Source: Centroscyllium fabricii
Taxonomy: Eukaryota
DNA length: 64,000 bases
NCBI GenBank assembly: GCA_051313645.2
Contig: JBNRSN020000002.1
Span: 41,850,001-41,914,000, forward strand
Direction: 5' to 3'
The notes below the pieces were generated by a model. That model did no database searches and was not told the origin of the DNA. It saw nothing but the letters and a program-made list of their open reading frames with translations. A program made the position numbers and the translations under genes. Below are positions 49,295-62,312 of this stretch, piece by piece. How positions within the stretch are numbered: the stretch's first letter is position 1; the number at the start of each line of letters is the position of its first letter.

Positions 49295-49846
49295 GAGTGC
49301 AGCATAAGTTTACCAGAATGATACACGGACTCCAAGGGTTAAATTACGAGGAGAGATTACACAAACTAGGAATGTATTCCATAGAATTTAGAAGGTTAAG
49401 GGGTGATTTGATCGAAGTTTTCAGGATGGGGAACAGGTAGGGTAGATAGAGAGAAACTCTTTCCGCTGGTTGGGGATTCTAGGACTAGGGGACATAGTCT
49501 AAAAATTGGAGCCAGACCTTTCAGGAGTGAAATTAGGAAACACAGCACTAGGGGCCTGGGTTCAAATCCGGCCTCAGTTGACTATCTGTGCAGAGTTTGC
49601 ACATTCTCCCCGTGTCTGCGTGGGTTTCCTCCGGGTGCTCCGGTTTCCTCCCACAGTACAAAGATGTGCAGGTTAGGTTGATTGGCCAGGATAAATTGAC
49701 CCTTAGTGTTAGGCGGATTAAATATGTGGGGTTACGGGGATAGGGTGGGATATGTGTCGGTGCAGGCTCGATGGGCCGAAATGGCCTCTATCTGCACTGT
49801 AGGGTTTCTATGATTCTATGATTCTATGATTTCTACACACGAAGGA

Positions 49847-50679
49847 GGGGATTTTCATGTCCCCGTGAGGCGGGGTTTTGGGCGGCCCAGCCGGCAAAAT
49901 AGCAGAACCAGCAGGTCCCACCCCTCCCCGCCATATCCCCGCCGCTTTCTCATTTTCCCCCGCCCAGATTCCCCGCCCCGTAACCTTCCTGCCGCCGACC
50001 GGCGGGGATGGGTTGTCACCTCGTTGAGGGCCCTTAATTGGCATCTTTAATGCCATTTTAAGGGCCCTCAGCCATTTTGCCCTGTTTTCCGCCCTAACCC
50101 CGCCACCTTAAACCCCACTGGGTGAAACCCAGCGGGAGCACAGCACTGGTTATTACTTTTGGACTATAATCTGGTGTTGTGTGACTTCTTGAATTTATTA
50201 CTTTCTCCTTTAAGGTCTGAAGGACATGCTGCCAAATGCTTGGCATGCCTCCAGCACCTTAGAGGAGATAGTAACTCCGTTCTGGCTTCAGCATCAGCTG
50301 TGAACAGAAACTGAGCAATCTCAGTTCTCACCATGTCATCACAGCCGGTGCGAGCTGTGAGGGATTCGGAGCCCGCCCGCCAACCTGTCAGTCACCAGCA
50401 CTTGGCCTTTCCCATTGGCTCCACTCCACTGCGATGTCACAGTGGAGTGTTGCCATGGGAACTGACAACAACCAGTGCTGGAACTGTCAATCAAAGTGCT
50501 CGTAGCTCCGCTGCAGCCCGACTCGATTGACCTAATTACCTCCCGCTCCCGCCGACGGGGATTTAACAACCTCATTAAACTAAAATTGCATGGGCTTCCC
50601 AGCTCTTTGGGTGGGCGGGACCGGAAGCCGCCCAGACCAATCCCCGTCCGGTTCCCGCCCTTCCGGAAAAATCACCCCC
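49847..50679. mobile_element. MITE-like insertion in CR1
   Basis: GGGGATTTT..AAAATCACCCC termini; CR1 sequence resumes after it. Confidence 0.55.
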
Positions 50680-51324
50680 GAAGCATGGAACTCTCTTCCG
50701 CAAATGGCAATTGATGCAAGATCAATTGTTAATTTTAAATCTGAGCTTGATAGATTTTTGTTAACCAGAGGTATTAAGGGATATGGGCCAAAGTTGGGGC
50801 TATATGGAGTCAGGTCGCAGATCAGCTATGATCTCGTTGAATGGCGGGCAGTACAGGCTCGAGGGGCTGAATGGCCTCCTCCTGTTCCTACGTTCCTATT
50901 ATGGGCACTGAGCAGGAGGGGAGAAGATAGTTTGGAGGGGGTGAAAGCCCAGTCAAACAGAAAAGTCTTTAAGGGTTGCTTTAAGGTGGAGATACAGTGG
51001 GTGCACCAGAGATAATTGTGCTGGCATTGGAGGAGAAACATAGGCCGAAATAAAACACTTCAAATGTAATTCAATATGTGGCGGGTTGAGACATTTCAGC
51101 GCGACAAGGCATGTAAGTATTACTGTATTAGTAACATTGTATGAGTTATTACTTTGGATGTTGTGCTCAAGTTTTGCATGAAAACAAATAGTTCTGTGAT
51201 AAGAAGCAAAAGAGACAATAAAAAAAACTGTATGGTAAATAATATGATGTTCCATAACTAAAATATCATTGTACCGCTTTGCACAGGAACATGGGACCAG
51301 CAAAGGAATGTTCTCTGCTGCCAG

Positions 51325-52163
51325 TAATGCCTCGATTTTAAAATTCTCATCCTTCTTTTCAAATCGCTCCATGGCCTCGCCCCTCCCTATCGCTGTGACC
51401 TCCTCTTGTCATAGGTCGGCTCTCCCTCTCTACCTGGCAACCACCTCATTAGCTCTACCTGGCAACCACCTCATTAGCTCTACCTGGCAACCACCTCATT
51501 AGCTCAACTGCTCTCACCTGATTGTCACTTGTGACTCTGGGCCTTTCAATTAGGATCTGTATTTAAACGCCTGTTTTCCACCCAGTCGCTGCCAGATCGT
51601 CTTGTGCTTTCTGTCTAAGGTACCCTGCATTTGTTCCTGGTTTTCTGATCCTGCCTGTTTGATATACTGACTTGCTTCCTGGACCATGGACTCTCTTCTG
51701 CCTGACCCCCGTTTGGATTCGTCGCTTTCGTGGACTGACTACCTGGTATTGATTTGCTTTTGGATTTTGGATTCTCTTCTGCCTGACCCCTGTTTTGGAC
51801 TTGTTGCCTCCGTGTACTTAACTGCCTGTATATCGGCCCACTGTTACCAGTGTCTTCTACTGCTCATCAATAAAGTAGTTTACTTCGATATCTGCTGTTT
51901 CGGTGTACTGCATTGGGCCCAACCTACACCCGTTACACCTCTAGCCCCACAATGCTCTGCAATCTCTGCCCTCCTCCAATTCTGGCCTCCTGCACACCCC
52001 CGGTTTTAATCGCTCCACCATTGGCGGCAATGCCTTCAGCTGCCTTGGCCCTAAGCTCTGGAATTCTCTCCCTAAACCTCCCTGCCTCTCTCCTTAAAAC
52101 CTATCTCATTGACCTGTCCTAATATCGCCTTATGGGGCTCGGTGTCAAATTTTGTTTGATAAT
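51325..52163 (+). mobile_element. L2 LINE 3' fragment split by a solo LTR
   Basis: DFKILIL..SLHGLAPPY, AFSCLGPKLWNSLP motifs. Confidence 0.75.
51407..51937 (+). mobile_element. 531-bp solo LTR, sushi/V-clade-like
   Basis: TGTCAT..GTTACA, TSD CCTCT 51402-51406/51938-51942, TATTTAA box, AATAAA near 51868, 25-bp tandem repeat x3 near 51427-51502. Confidence 0.88.
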
Positions 52164-54463
52164 GGCCCAGAAATTCGGCTCTGAACGCGTGAGTACGGAC
52201 AGGGTACTCACGCGTAGGCCCATCCGAAGTGCCGGTTTCCTGCATGCACCGCGCATGCGCAGGAAACCGGCACTTCCGTTCCCCGAACTAAGGGGTTACG
52301 CGGTGAAGCACGTGCGCGGGAGCGGCAGCGTGTGCGCATTGCACTTACGCTTTTTTTACAGGATTTTCTGTCCGGGTAACTAATAAAAGTTAGAAATGAA
52401 AAAAGCAGGCATGAGGCCTACTTTTAGCAAGGTAAGTGCTGAATTAATTCAAATTAAAACATTTTTTCCACAGGTTTATTATTTTTAAATACTTTAAAGA
52501 AAGGTAAGTTCATTTTTAACCCTGTCAGGAAAAACAATTAATGTTTTCAAAAATTTAAATTATTGTTTAAAATAGTTATTTCAAGTAATTTATAGTTATT
52601 TTACAAATGTGATTTTTTTACATTTATTTGAAGTTCAGTGATGTTTTGGGGCTTGTAGTTTTCATAGTTTTGACAGTTCTTCCTGTCAAACTTATGCATG
52701 GAGCATTCTCTGATCCGATTGGCTCTCCATGGCCCATGTGATCCCAGAGGACACATCGCACTAACTGCGCCGCTGGGATACACAAGCACAGCGCGCCGGC
52801 AGTTGAAGCAGGCCCCACATCTGTAGGATTCACAAAATTTCCTGCTTTTCCCAGCCCTTGTAAAGAAAACTTGCAGCAAATTGGACACATTTAAAGTGGA
52901 CAAAATGGAGCCTGGATCACATGACTGCAGCCAAAAGCTGGTCATTTTCTCCCTGGCAACAGAGCCAGACTCAGCCTGTTATTTCAAAAGTAAATGTACT
53001 CACAGCTCCAGACAAGAGCATTGAATATGTATGGAGGGCCAGCCTGCAGGCCGGCTGAAACAAAAGGATACTTAATGGGATAACGATCAGCGTTTATTTT
53101 GGGCAAAACATCAAAACAAGTCACTTCTATACAACCACGGAAATTCCAGTGTTCAGGTACGAGTTACACAAAGAGAGGCCGTAGATAAGGCCATTAGTAG
53201 GAAATCGACCACTTTAAAGTCGTTTTACATTAAGTACCAGCCTTTTGTCACACAGTAGCCCGCCAAATTAAACAAAAGATGGACCTGATTTGGCACGAGA
53301 TAAGGCACTGTTCGATAAACTATACCAGTAACGATGAGAAATGAAGCCAAACGGCAAGGACGCAGGCCAAGATGCAGGCAGGCAACCGAGAGGGTTGGTG
53401 CTCCGGTCCGTGTGCAGACACGACCCCCGGGCTGTACTGGAAGTCCGCACTTTTCCCTGGCCATTGCCCGCACCATACCATGAGGCCAGGACCAAACTGG
53501 GGCCAAGTACTAAGTGGGACAGTGAAACACCTCAGTATAGACCGGAGCAAGACTAGACCTTGCCCAGAAAAGTGAGTGACAGATTTGTCGCTCCAAACTG
53601 GTGTCGGACCATGATATTTAAAGTTAATGAGCCGGCATCTGGGGTGACTGGGGTAGGCTCCGAATAAACGGGCCCCCAGCATTCATTCGGCAGAAGAAGA
53701 AGTTCCATCAGCTTGGAAGAAGAAGAAGAAGGTCCATCGCCTCAGCAGCCGTGAGACCACGAGGCGTCCAGCCCTGAGTGACGAGAAGTTTGCGTGGCAC
53801 GTGCTCGCTGCAGCCCTGTTGACCACGTGAGAACGGAACACCTGAAAGACCAGAGCCAAAACTCATGAACCCTGTTTTATTAATCCCGGGCTGGTGAGCA
53901 TAAATTCTGACCCTTGGTAGTTGACCTAGGTTAGGTATAGGTATAGCAGGGTGGGAATTAAGGTTAAGGGATGGCTAAAATTGTCATTCATATCCCTCGA
54001 TGTGTCGTGCGCTTCCAAAACCTGTACCAATGTATAGCGATTGAATTGTTTTTACCTGCAGTGTGCTATCAATAAATTTCTTCTCGACAAAACCTTTAAG
54101 TTTGTTTGACTCACTCAAGTCGTCTGTCTACCTGTGTTATTGCACCATCAGTGGTCTGGCAATGAACTTTTCTTTCACCTGAGGAAGGAGCAGCGCTCCG
54201 AAAGCTTGTGATTTCAAATAAAACTGTTGGACTATAACCTGGTGTTGTGTGACTTCTTGCATTTGTCCACCCCAGTCCAACACCGGCAACTCCACATCAT
54301 GGCAATAAGCCCAGTGTCCAGAATCAGGAGGGGGAGTGGGAGCACTTCGAAGCCGCTCACGGGCAGGTACGGGCCAAACCGACCTCGCACACCACCCAGC
54401 CAAACCCCCTGCACATCGGAATTCCACGTGGGCCCACAGCTCAATGGCCGGCGCGTAAGGTAA
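52164..54463. mobile_element. PIF/Harbinger-like MITE split by a long solo LTR (52164-52821 and 54418-54463)
   Basis: Left TIR GGCCCAGAAATT; GGCCCCACATC|GGAATTCCAC rejoins as in intact copies. Confidence 0.8.
52822..54413 (+). mobile_element. About 1.45-kb solo LTR with a nested Penelope 3' end (about 54164-54299)
   Basis: TGTAGGA..CCTGCA termini, 4-bp TSD CATC 52818-52821/54414-54417, AATAAA near 54071. Confidence 0.8.
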
Positions 54464-54719
54464 ACATAGAAACATAGAAACATAGAAGATAGGAGCAGGA
54501 GTAGGCCATTCGGCCCTTCGAGCCTGCGCTGCCATTCAATGAGATCATGGCTGATCATCCAAACCCAGCACCCCGCCCCTGCCCTCTCCCCATATCCCTC
54601 GATCCCTATCAAGCCTACACCGACACATATCCCACCCTATCCCCGTAACCCCACCTATTTAATCCCCCTAACACTAAGGGTCAATTTATCCTGGCCAATC
54701 AACCTAACCCACACATCTT
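54464..54719 (-). mobile_element. HE1-like SINE 3' half
   Basis: CR1-type tail with (CATAGAAA)n and partial V-core. Confidence 0.85.
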
Positions 54720-54744
54720 CATTCTCCTCGTCTTCATGACATCA

Positions 54745-57413
54745 AAAGGAGGTCCCTTGCCGTCAGAATCAGGGGAATTTATAATGGGTAACAAAGAAAT
54801 GGCAGACCAATTAAATACATACTTTGGTTCACAAAGGAGGACACAAACAAATTCCCGGAGATGTCGAGGAACATGGGGTCCAAAGAAAAGGGAGGAACTG
54901 ATAGAAATCAGCACTTGTCGGGAAATGGTGTTAGAGAAATTGATGGGATTGAAGGCCGATAAATCCCCAGGGCCTGATAATCTACATCCTAGGGTACTTA
55001 AGGAAGTGGCCCGAGAAATAGTGGATGCATTGCTGGTCATCTTCCAAAATTCGATAGACTCCGGAACAGCACCCATGGATTGGAGGGTAGCTAATGTTAC
55101 CCCACTGTTCAAAAAAGGTGGTAGAGAGAAAACGGGGAATTACAGACTGGTAAGCCTGGCATCGGTAGTGGGGAAAATGCTAGAGTTCATTATAAAAGAT
55201 GTAATAGCAGAGTACTTGGAAAATAGTGATCGGATCGGACAAAATCAACATGGATTTACAAAAGGTAATCGTGCTTGACTAATCTACTGGAATTGTTTGA
55301 GGATGGAACTGGTAAAATAGATAAGGGTGAACCAGTGGATGTGGTGTACTTGGTCTTTGAAAAGGCATTTGATAATTCCCGCATAAGAGATTAGCGTGTA
55401 AACTTAAGGCTCATGGGATTGGGGGCAAGATATTGACTTGGATAGAGAACTGGTTGGCAGACAGAAAGAAAGCAAAGAGTTGGAATAAACGGGTCTTTTT
55501 CTGAGTTCCAGGCAGTGACTAGTGGGGTACCACAGGGATCGGTCCTTGGACCCCAGCTATTCACAATATATATCAATGATCTGGACGAGGGAACTAGATG
55601 TAATGGGCCAGAAATTCGGGTGCCTGGGCCTAGCTGCACCCGCACGGAGGGGGGCCAATATGCCCCGTGCGATGATCGCACGGGGCATGCCCATGGATCA
55701 GAGCTTTCCGATGCTGAGGGAGAAGAGGCCTCAGCATGGAACGCACAAAAGAATTGCACCCAAAAATCCCGATGTTTTTGGGTGTGATTCTGTGCGTTCA
55801 TCTGTGGGCAAATGGGCTTCGAGCTGCACGGGAGAAAAGCAGTAGTAACTCATGCGTGAGGGAGAGCAGTACGTTCCTAAACAAGGTAATTGACTTTTTT
55901 ACCTTTAATTTTAAGTATTTATCAATTTTTTTTGAGTAATGTGGCCAGATCACTATCATTAAATTTGGCTGTTAACGTTTTTTTTTTTATTTTAAAAATC
56001 CGAATTTCAATTGCTATACCTATTCCAAATCGTTTATTTTTAAATTTAAATTTCTGAAATTTTTAACTATTTCCTTAATTTAAAAAACTAAGAGAAAAAA
56101 TCGCTGAGACTTACCTCCATTGAAAAGCTGCTCTGGCCGCGGTGCTCACTGCCGAGTCTGTGGGTGCAGCAGTGGGCGTGGTCCTAATAACGGCCTCACG
56201 TCCCTGCTCTCTAAGAAGTCCGACTGTGAAGCAGGGGGCGTTTTTTATTTAAATTAGGGATCTGTGGGCGGGGCATCACTGCTACGCACGCACGACGGCA
56301 GCGCATATACTGCGCTCCTAGCGTGGCTGGACTGCCACGCAGCACAGGAGCGGGGCGGAGCCAACAGGAAGGTCTGGACGTAAAAAAAGTGCAATGATGG
56401 TGCGGTGCTATAGGTGTCCTCATGGTCCTTGCACCCGCACAATCCGGCACACTGGAATTTCTGGCCCAATATCTCCAAATTTGCAGATGACACATAGCTG
56501 GGTGGGCGTGTGTGCTGTGAGGAGGATGCAGAGAAACTCCAGTGTGATTTGGACAGGTTGGGTGATTGGGCAGAAGCATGGCAGGTGCAGTATAACATGG
56601 ATAAATGCGAGGTTATACACTTTGGTGTCAAAAACAAGAAGGCAGATTATTATCTGAATGGCAATAGATTGGGAGTAGGGGAAGTACAACGAGACCTGGG
56701 CGTCCTTGTGCACCAATCGCTGAAGGTAAGCATGCAGGTACAGCAGGTGGTTAAGAAGGCAAATGGTATTTTGGCCTTCGTAGCGAGAGCGTTTGAGTAC
56801 AGGAACAAGGATGTCTTGCGGCAGTTGTACAGGGCCTTGGTGAGACCACGTCTTCTGAGTATTGCGTACAGTTTTGGTCGCCTTATCTAAGGAAGGATGT
56901 CCTTGCCATGGAAGAAGTGCAGCAAAGATTCACCAGGCTGATACCTGGGATGGCAGGAATGACGTATGAGGAGAGATTGGGTCGATTGGGCTTATACTCG
57001 CTGGAGTTTAGAAGAATGAGAGGGGCTCTCATTGAAACTTATAAAATTCTAACAGGACTGGACAGACTAGATGTAGGAAGGATGTTCCCGATGGTGGGGG
57101 AGTCCAGAACCAGGGGTCACAGTCTAAGGATAAGGGGTAAGCCATTTAGGACAGAGATGAGGAGGAATTTCTTCACCCAGAGAGTGGTGAACCTGTGGAA
57201 TTCTCTACCACAGAAGGCAGTAGAGGCCAATTTATTAAATATATTCAAGAAGGAGTTAGATATATTTCTTAAGGCGAAAGGGACCAAGGGATACGGGGAG
57301 AAAGCAGAGACAGGGTACTGAATTTGGATGATCAGCCATGATCTCATTAAATGGCGGAGCAGGCTCGAGGGGCCGAATGGTCTACTCCTGCTCCTAACTT
57401 CTATGTTTCTATG
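54745..57413 (+). mobile_element. CR1 (HER1-like) LINE, frameshifted, split by a MITE
   Basis: [23 protein letters not shown]|ISKFADD rejoin, 3' tail. Confidence 0.93.
55605..56467. mobile_element. PIF/Harbinger-like MITE
   Basis: TIR GGGCCAGAAATTC..GAATTTCTGGCCC, TSD AAT shown by the restored CR1 frame. Confidence 0.88.
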
Positions 57414-58659
57414 AAACATTTGCAGGGTTATGGGGAATGAGCAGGCGAGTGGGATCACTTGGATCGCTCTTTCAGAGAACCGGTACAACCATAAAGTTTA
57501 CGTTGCAGATCGGGATCCCATTATAGGTTGGACACACCTAATTTCGTTGCATTTTACTTGTACTGTGCAATGACAATAAAGCGAATCCAATCCAATCCAA
57601 TAGGAACCATCCAATTTTTCTTTCCATTAGCTGCGTTATGGCATGAATATTACGTTGTATTACAATAATTCTCATTTCCACATTGCACGCTGCAGTTCCC
57701 AAATGAAGCACCAGGAGGCACTTGAAACTGCTTTTCCACCTGTTCATGAGCTCAAGTTCAAGGTCATTGGGCAAAAAATTGGCACCTTAGCGCCGGCCCA
57801 TTAGTGGCAAAACTCGGCGCTAATGGGGCAGTGCAGACGTAGCGCCCAAATTAGCACCGGGCGCTAAATTGGACTAATGGTTAGCGCCGGCTAACGATAT
57901 TGGGCTTAGCGCCTTTCCACCGCCCCCCGTGCTACCAGCGCCAGCTTTTGCAAGCGCTGCAGCGGGTTTGAGTGGCCGCTGCAGCGCTGCTAAAAGGGCC
58001 ACCCTCCCTCTTCAGTCCGAGCGCGGCCAGCTGATGAGGGGAGTCGGCCTGAGCGGCCAATTGATGAGAGAGCGGGGAGGGGGGCCGGCTCTCTGATCAG
58101 TTGCCGCTGGGGGATTGCCCGACCCCCCCGATCGGGGGGTGTTACACTGGAAATCTGAGGGGGCTCTGACTTCCTGAAGATAAATTCTGGAAGAATGAAA
58201 ACGGAACACAGCGTGGTTCCTGACAGAAGACCGCAGATTCGGGGGCCGGCTCTCTGATCAGCTCCCGATCGGTGGGTCGCGGTGACCCCCTCTCGCTGTT
58301 TCATCACTTACGACTTTAGTATTATCAGTCGAAGGGAAATTGTCCAGCTTTTAGTGGGTTCTCAGTTCTCCACCACACTTGTTCTGTGGGTTGAAACCTG
58401 AGCTTTGGCCAAATTGCTACCATTTTCCAGCTGTCCACACATGTTGAATTGGGTGGAGAATTGTTCCCACTCAAAGCTGCAAAATCTGACGATTTAATGA
58501 GTTGCTGGTGAGCAGATGCTGTCCGAGGGCGAGTGGACTACATCTTCTGCCCATGACTAAAGCCTTCCATCGTGTGTGGAATTCAAGAAAAACCACATCA
58601 GCTGCAAGGGAGAACAAAAACATATTTCTTCTCGGAAGTATAAGATTACATTTGATGCA

Positions 58660-58946
58660 GTGAGCAATGTGGAGAGACTGAGGAAACTGGAATTATTCTC
58701 TTTAGAGGTGAGAAGGTTAAGGGGAGATTTAATAGAGGTGTTCAAAATGATGAGGGGTTGTGATAGGGTAAATAGGGAGAAAGTTCTTCTACTGGCAGGA
58801 GGGTCAGTAACCAGAGGACACAGATTTAAGATCATTGGCAACAAAGCCATGGGGAGATGAGGTTTTTTATTTTACACAGAGAGCTGTTATGACCTGGAAA
58901 GCATTGCCTGGAGGCAGACTCAATAGTAATTTTCAAAAGGGAGTTG
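58660..58946 (+). mobile_element. CR1 fragment
   Basis: LFSLEVRRLRGDLIEVFK..TRGHRFK. Confidence 0.8.
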
Positions 58947-59896
58947 TGTGGCGGGTCGCCACCTAAACGGGCGAATCCGCTCTGACGTCCACGGACGCTT
59001 CACCAGGCAACGCGCCTGCAAGACTCTGCTCGCACAGAGTTCGGCTGCCGATGCGCTGATGTCATCACGCAGCCGGGCTGGTATACGCGCTGACGTCATC
59101 GCGCAGCTGTACCCGCTTACAGGCTCACTCGGTACCGCGATGCCATTAAAGTAAGTACTGTTTAAACTCACTCGGTCTCGGCCTCTACTTGTGTCCGTCA
59201 GCAGCCTCAACACTGGTGACCCCGACGCTTGGAATGAATTCCGAGCCCTGCAATGGCGGACACAAACGCAGTTCCGGTCAAACTGCCTGAGTTCTGGGAA
59301 AACCTGGCCGCAGCCTGGTTCCTCCAAGCCGAGTCCAGATTCAGGATACAGCGCATCAACAGAGATGGCACGATGTATGATTACCTCGTCGCCTCGCTGA
59401 GTAGCTCCACGGTCACGAAGGTCTGGACAACGCTGCAGAACCCACCTGAGCACGGCAAGTACGCACATCTTAAGGCCGCGCTCCTTAAAAGATTCACGGC
59501 CTCCCAATATACATGCAACTGCCAGCTCCTCGACCTCCCAGGCCTCGGTGATGCCTCACCGTCAGACCTGCTCTCCCACATGCTCTCGCTCACGGACGAG
59601 AAGCCACCAGGGTCCCTCTTCCGAGCGTTATTCATCCACCAGCTACCCCCCAGCATCCAGCCTACCATCGTGGTGGCTGACCACACGGACCTAGTGGCGC
59701 TGGTCGACGAGACCGACAAGCTCCTGTCCACCCAAGCCAGCCGCGGCACAATTCCCGACATGGCAGCCGCCGCCACGGCGCGTCCCGCCTCACACTTCAT
59801 GCGGCCACAAGGCCCGGCCATGAAGCCCACGTGGCCGAAGCGACCCTCAAGCCCTCTGAACCCGGGGTACTGCTACTACCACGCACAGTTCGGCAT
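58947..59896 (+). mobile_element. CsRn1-clade Gypsy 5' remnant (LTR, tRNA-Trp PBS, gag)
   Basis: LTR TG..CA 58947-59212, PBS TGGTGACCCCGACG 59214-59227, gag 59253 onward (VKLPEFW..AWFLQAE, LGDASPSDL, CYYHAQFG) truncated by a SINE fragment. Confidence 0.88.
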
Positions 59897-60363
59897 CAGT
59901 GCAGTGTTCCCTCAGTACTGCACTGGAGTGTCAGCCTAGGTTTTTGTGCTCACTTCTCTGGATATGGGTTTTAAATCTCAGTTCAAGCAGGACATTAAAG
60001 TAGCAAACAGTCTGTTACAACCTGAGAGAATGGCTAGGGTAGGCAACAAGAGATAGTGACGAGGGAATGGAGTAAGTTGCAGGGCCACATCTGTACAAAC
60101 ATTTCCAAAACTATTGCTGCTCCAAGGCCCCATGAAGCAGTGTTTCTAAAACATATGACCCCCATTGCCACTGTCTTGTGCCCCACGCACAAATCAGTGC
60201 CCTAACCTGAGTGGTGCAACATTAAAATTGATCCATTGCAACTGCAGCTGTTGGCTCAGACTCCATGGATTTATTTTAGATTATGAACATATCCCCTTAT
60301 TGAGAACTGGACAGGCTGTTTGGGGGGAAGCAGTGGAAAACCACTCAAGCTGAAGGTGGCTGA

Positions 60364-61511
60364 CGTAACCAGGTTACATTCGGATGGTAACGAACTGTCC
60401 TTGGGAACAATGTTCGAGTGGCCCACTCCCAAGTCATGAATAATGAGGCTGGTAACTCATTGTTTCTGGAGATGATAAGCTCATTAAGTTAATCGGCTGG
60501 TGTGGTAACCGCTTTGTATTAGCTTACCACTGTAATATTGCCACACTGTTTACAACACTGTCGTGGAGCCAGGTCAGCCACACCTCTAACTCCTCCCTCA
60601 GGTGAGGCCCTTTATAGGTGGGGACTGACCAGGCTCCCTCATTCTGTTCTGGATGTTCGTGCGGAGTGTAGCTCCAAAGTTAGTTAATAAAAGCCTGTAG
60701 TTTAAGGTAACTACTCGTTGAAGTCTTTTATTAAGAGAATTGACGATACGTCAGCTGGGAGATCGAAACGAGGTCTAAACCATCCAAACCTGGGAGGAGG
60801 CCTGGAAACCATTTCCCTGAGGCCATGTGTCCATTAAAACCACAGACAGCGGTCTGTGTATTGTAGGGGTGTATCAGAGAGCAGTTTGGATAGCTCTCTC
60901 TCTCTCTCTCGCCTGCTCTCCACACAATGGAACGTCAAGAGGAGCTGAGCCTTGCTCTTCCAACTGAGACGGACTTCGACTCAGACCGGGATTCGCATGC
61001 CATAAGGCCGGTATGGAGCCAGGTAGCTGAGACAGACGGGAGGAAGCTACAAGCAAGATCAAGGGCAATCTAGGTGAGCATTGCCAAGCCTGCACACCCA
61101 CAAGATCACTTGGCTGTGTGAGTGGGTACCTGTATGTTCCTACCAAACCAGAGGGAGTTTAGTGTTGGAAGGGTTCTGTGATATTTTAGTTCACGGGAGG
61201 GTGTTTTTAGGCCGTGGTAAGTCAGCACGGCAGGGGCTTGTTGGACAAGTCAGGGTTGTACTGTTTTAAACTGTACTGTTGTGTTCACACCGCTCGTACT
61301 GTATGCGAGTGGAGTGGTTTGTCAACCTTAATAAACACTGTACGGTTGAGCCCAAAAACGCTGTCTGTGTTCAAATCTGTCCTCAGTAATCCCTATTATC
61401 CAGAACTTGTAGTAAGGGGGTTTGCGTGCTCGCTATGGGTGGGGCGAAACCACTTACAATAATCGGCAATTCCGGCCCATAGGAAATTGGGCACCATAAA
61501 AACCGGTTACA
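60364..61511 (+). mobile_element. Putative solo LTR (about 0.9 kb) hosting a smaller solo LTR
   Basis: (C)GTAACC..GGTTACA termini, AATAAA near 61330; TSD not clear. Confidence 0.5.
60501..60753 (+). mobile_element. 253-bp solo LTR of the Gypsy B/C clade
   Basis: TGTGGTAACC..TTGACGATACGTCA, TSD GCTGG 60496-60500/60754-60758, similar to LTR of C. Confidence 0.93.
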
Positions 61512-61569
61512 TAACAGTTACTTGAAAACCAATAAACCTCACCACAACCAGCCTGCTCGGCTATCCATA

Positions 61570-62312
61570 AGTGGAGAAATGTGAAGTTATCCATTTTGGT
61601 AGGAAAAATTGAAAGATGATGTCCTTGCACACAAATTCCTGAAAGTCAACATGCAGGTACAGCAAGCAATTAGGAAAGCAAATGGTACGTTGGCCTTTAT
61701 TATATATAAAAGTAAAGACGTCTTACTGCAATTATATAGAGCCCTGGTGAGACCACACCTGGAGTATTATGCACAGTTTTGGTCTCTTTACCTAAGGAAG
61801 GATATATTTGCCATAGAGGGAGTGCAACAAAGGTTCACCAGACTGGTTCCTGGGATGGGGGGATTGTCCTTTGAGGAGAGGTTGAGTAGACTAGGCCTAT
61901 ATTCTCTCGAGTTCAGAAGAATGAGAGGTGATCTCATTGAAACATACAACACTCTTACAGAGCTTGACAGGGTCGATGCAGGGAGGATTTTTCCCCTGGC
62001 TGGGGAGTCTAGAGCCGGGGTCACAGTCTCAGGATAAGGGGTCGGCCATTTAGGACTGAGATGAGGAGAAATTTCTTCACTCAGAGGGTGATGAATCTTT
62101 GGAATTCTCTACCCCAGAGGGCTGTGGAGACTCAGTCGTTGAGTATATTCAAGACAGAGATCGATAGATATTTGAATATTAAGGGAATCAAGGGATATGG
62201 GGATAGAGCAGGAAGTGGAATTGAGGTAGAAGATTAGCAATGATCTCATTGAACGGCAGAACAGGCCTGATGGGCCGAATGGCCGACTCCTGCTCCTATT
62301 TCTTATGTTCTA
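61570..62312 (+). mobile_element. CR1 3' fragment
   Basis: QQAIRKANG, LVRPHLEY, FRRMRGDLIE and CR1 tail. Confidence 0.9.

Larger units (their letters stand above)
48175..50900 (+). mobile_element. CR1 3' fragment carrying three nested insertions (LINE, SINE, MITE)
   Basis: LVRPHLE..LALEGV|QHKFTR, FRRLRGDLIE and CR1 tail pieces are colinear. Confidence 0.8.

Noticed and set aside
1779-60758. Target-site preference of the LTR elements
   Set aside because: TSDs (GGCAG, GATAC, CCCTG, ATACC, CTCAC, GCTGG, GTCAC) show no clear consensus, and nesting is expected where most DNA is repeat
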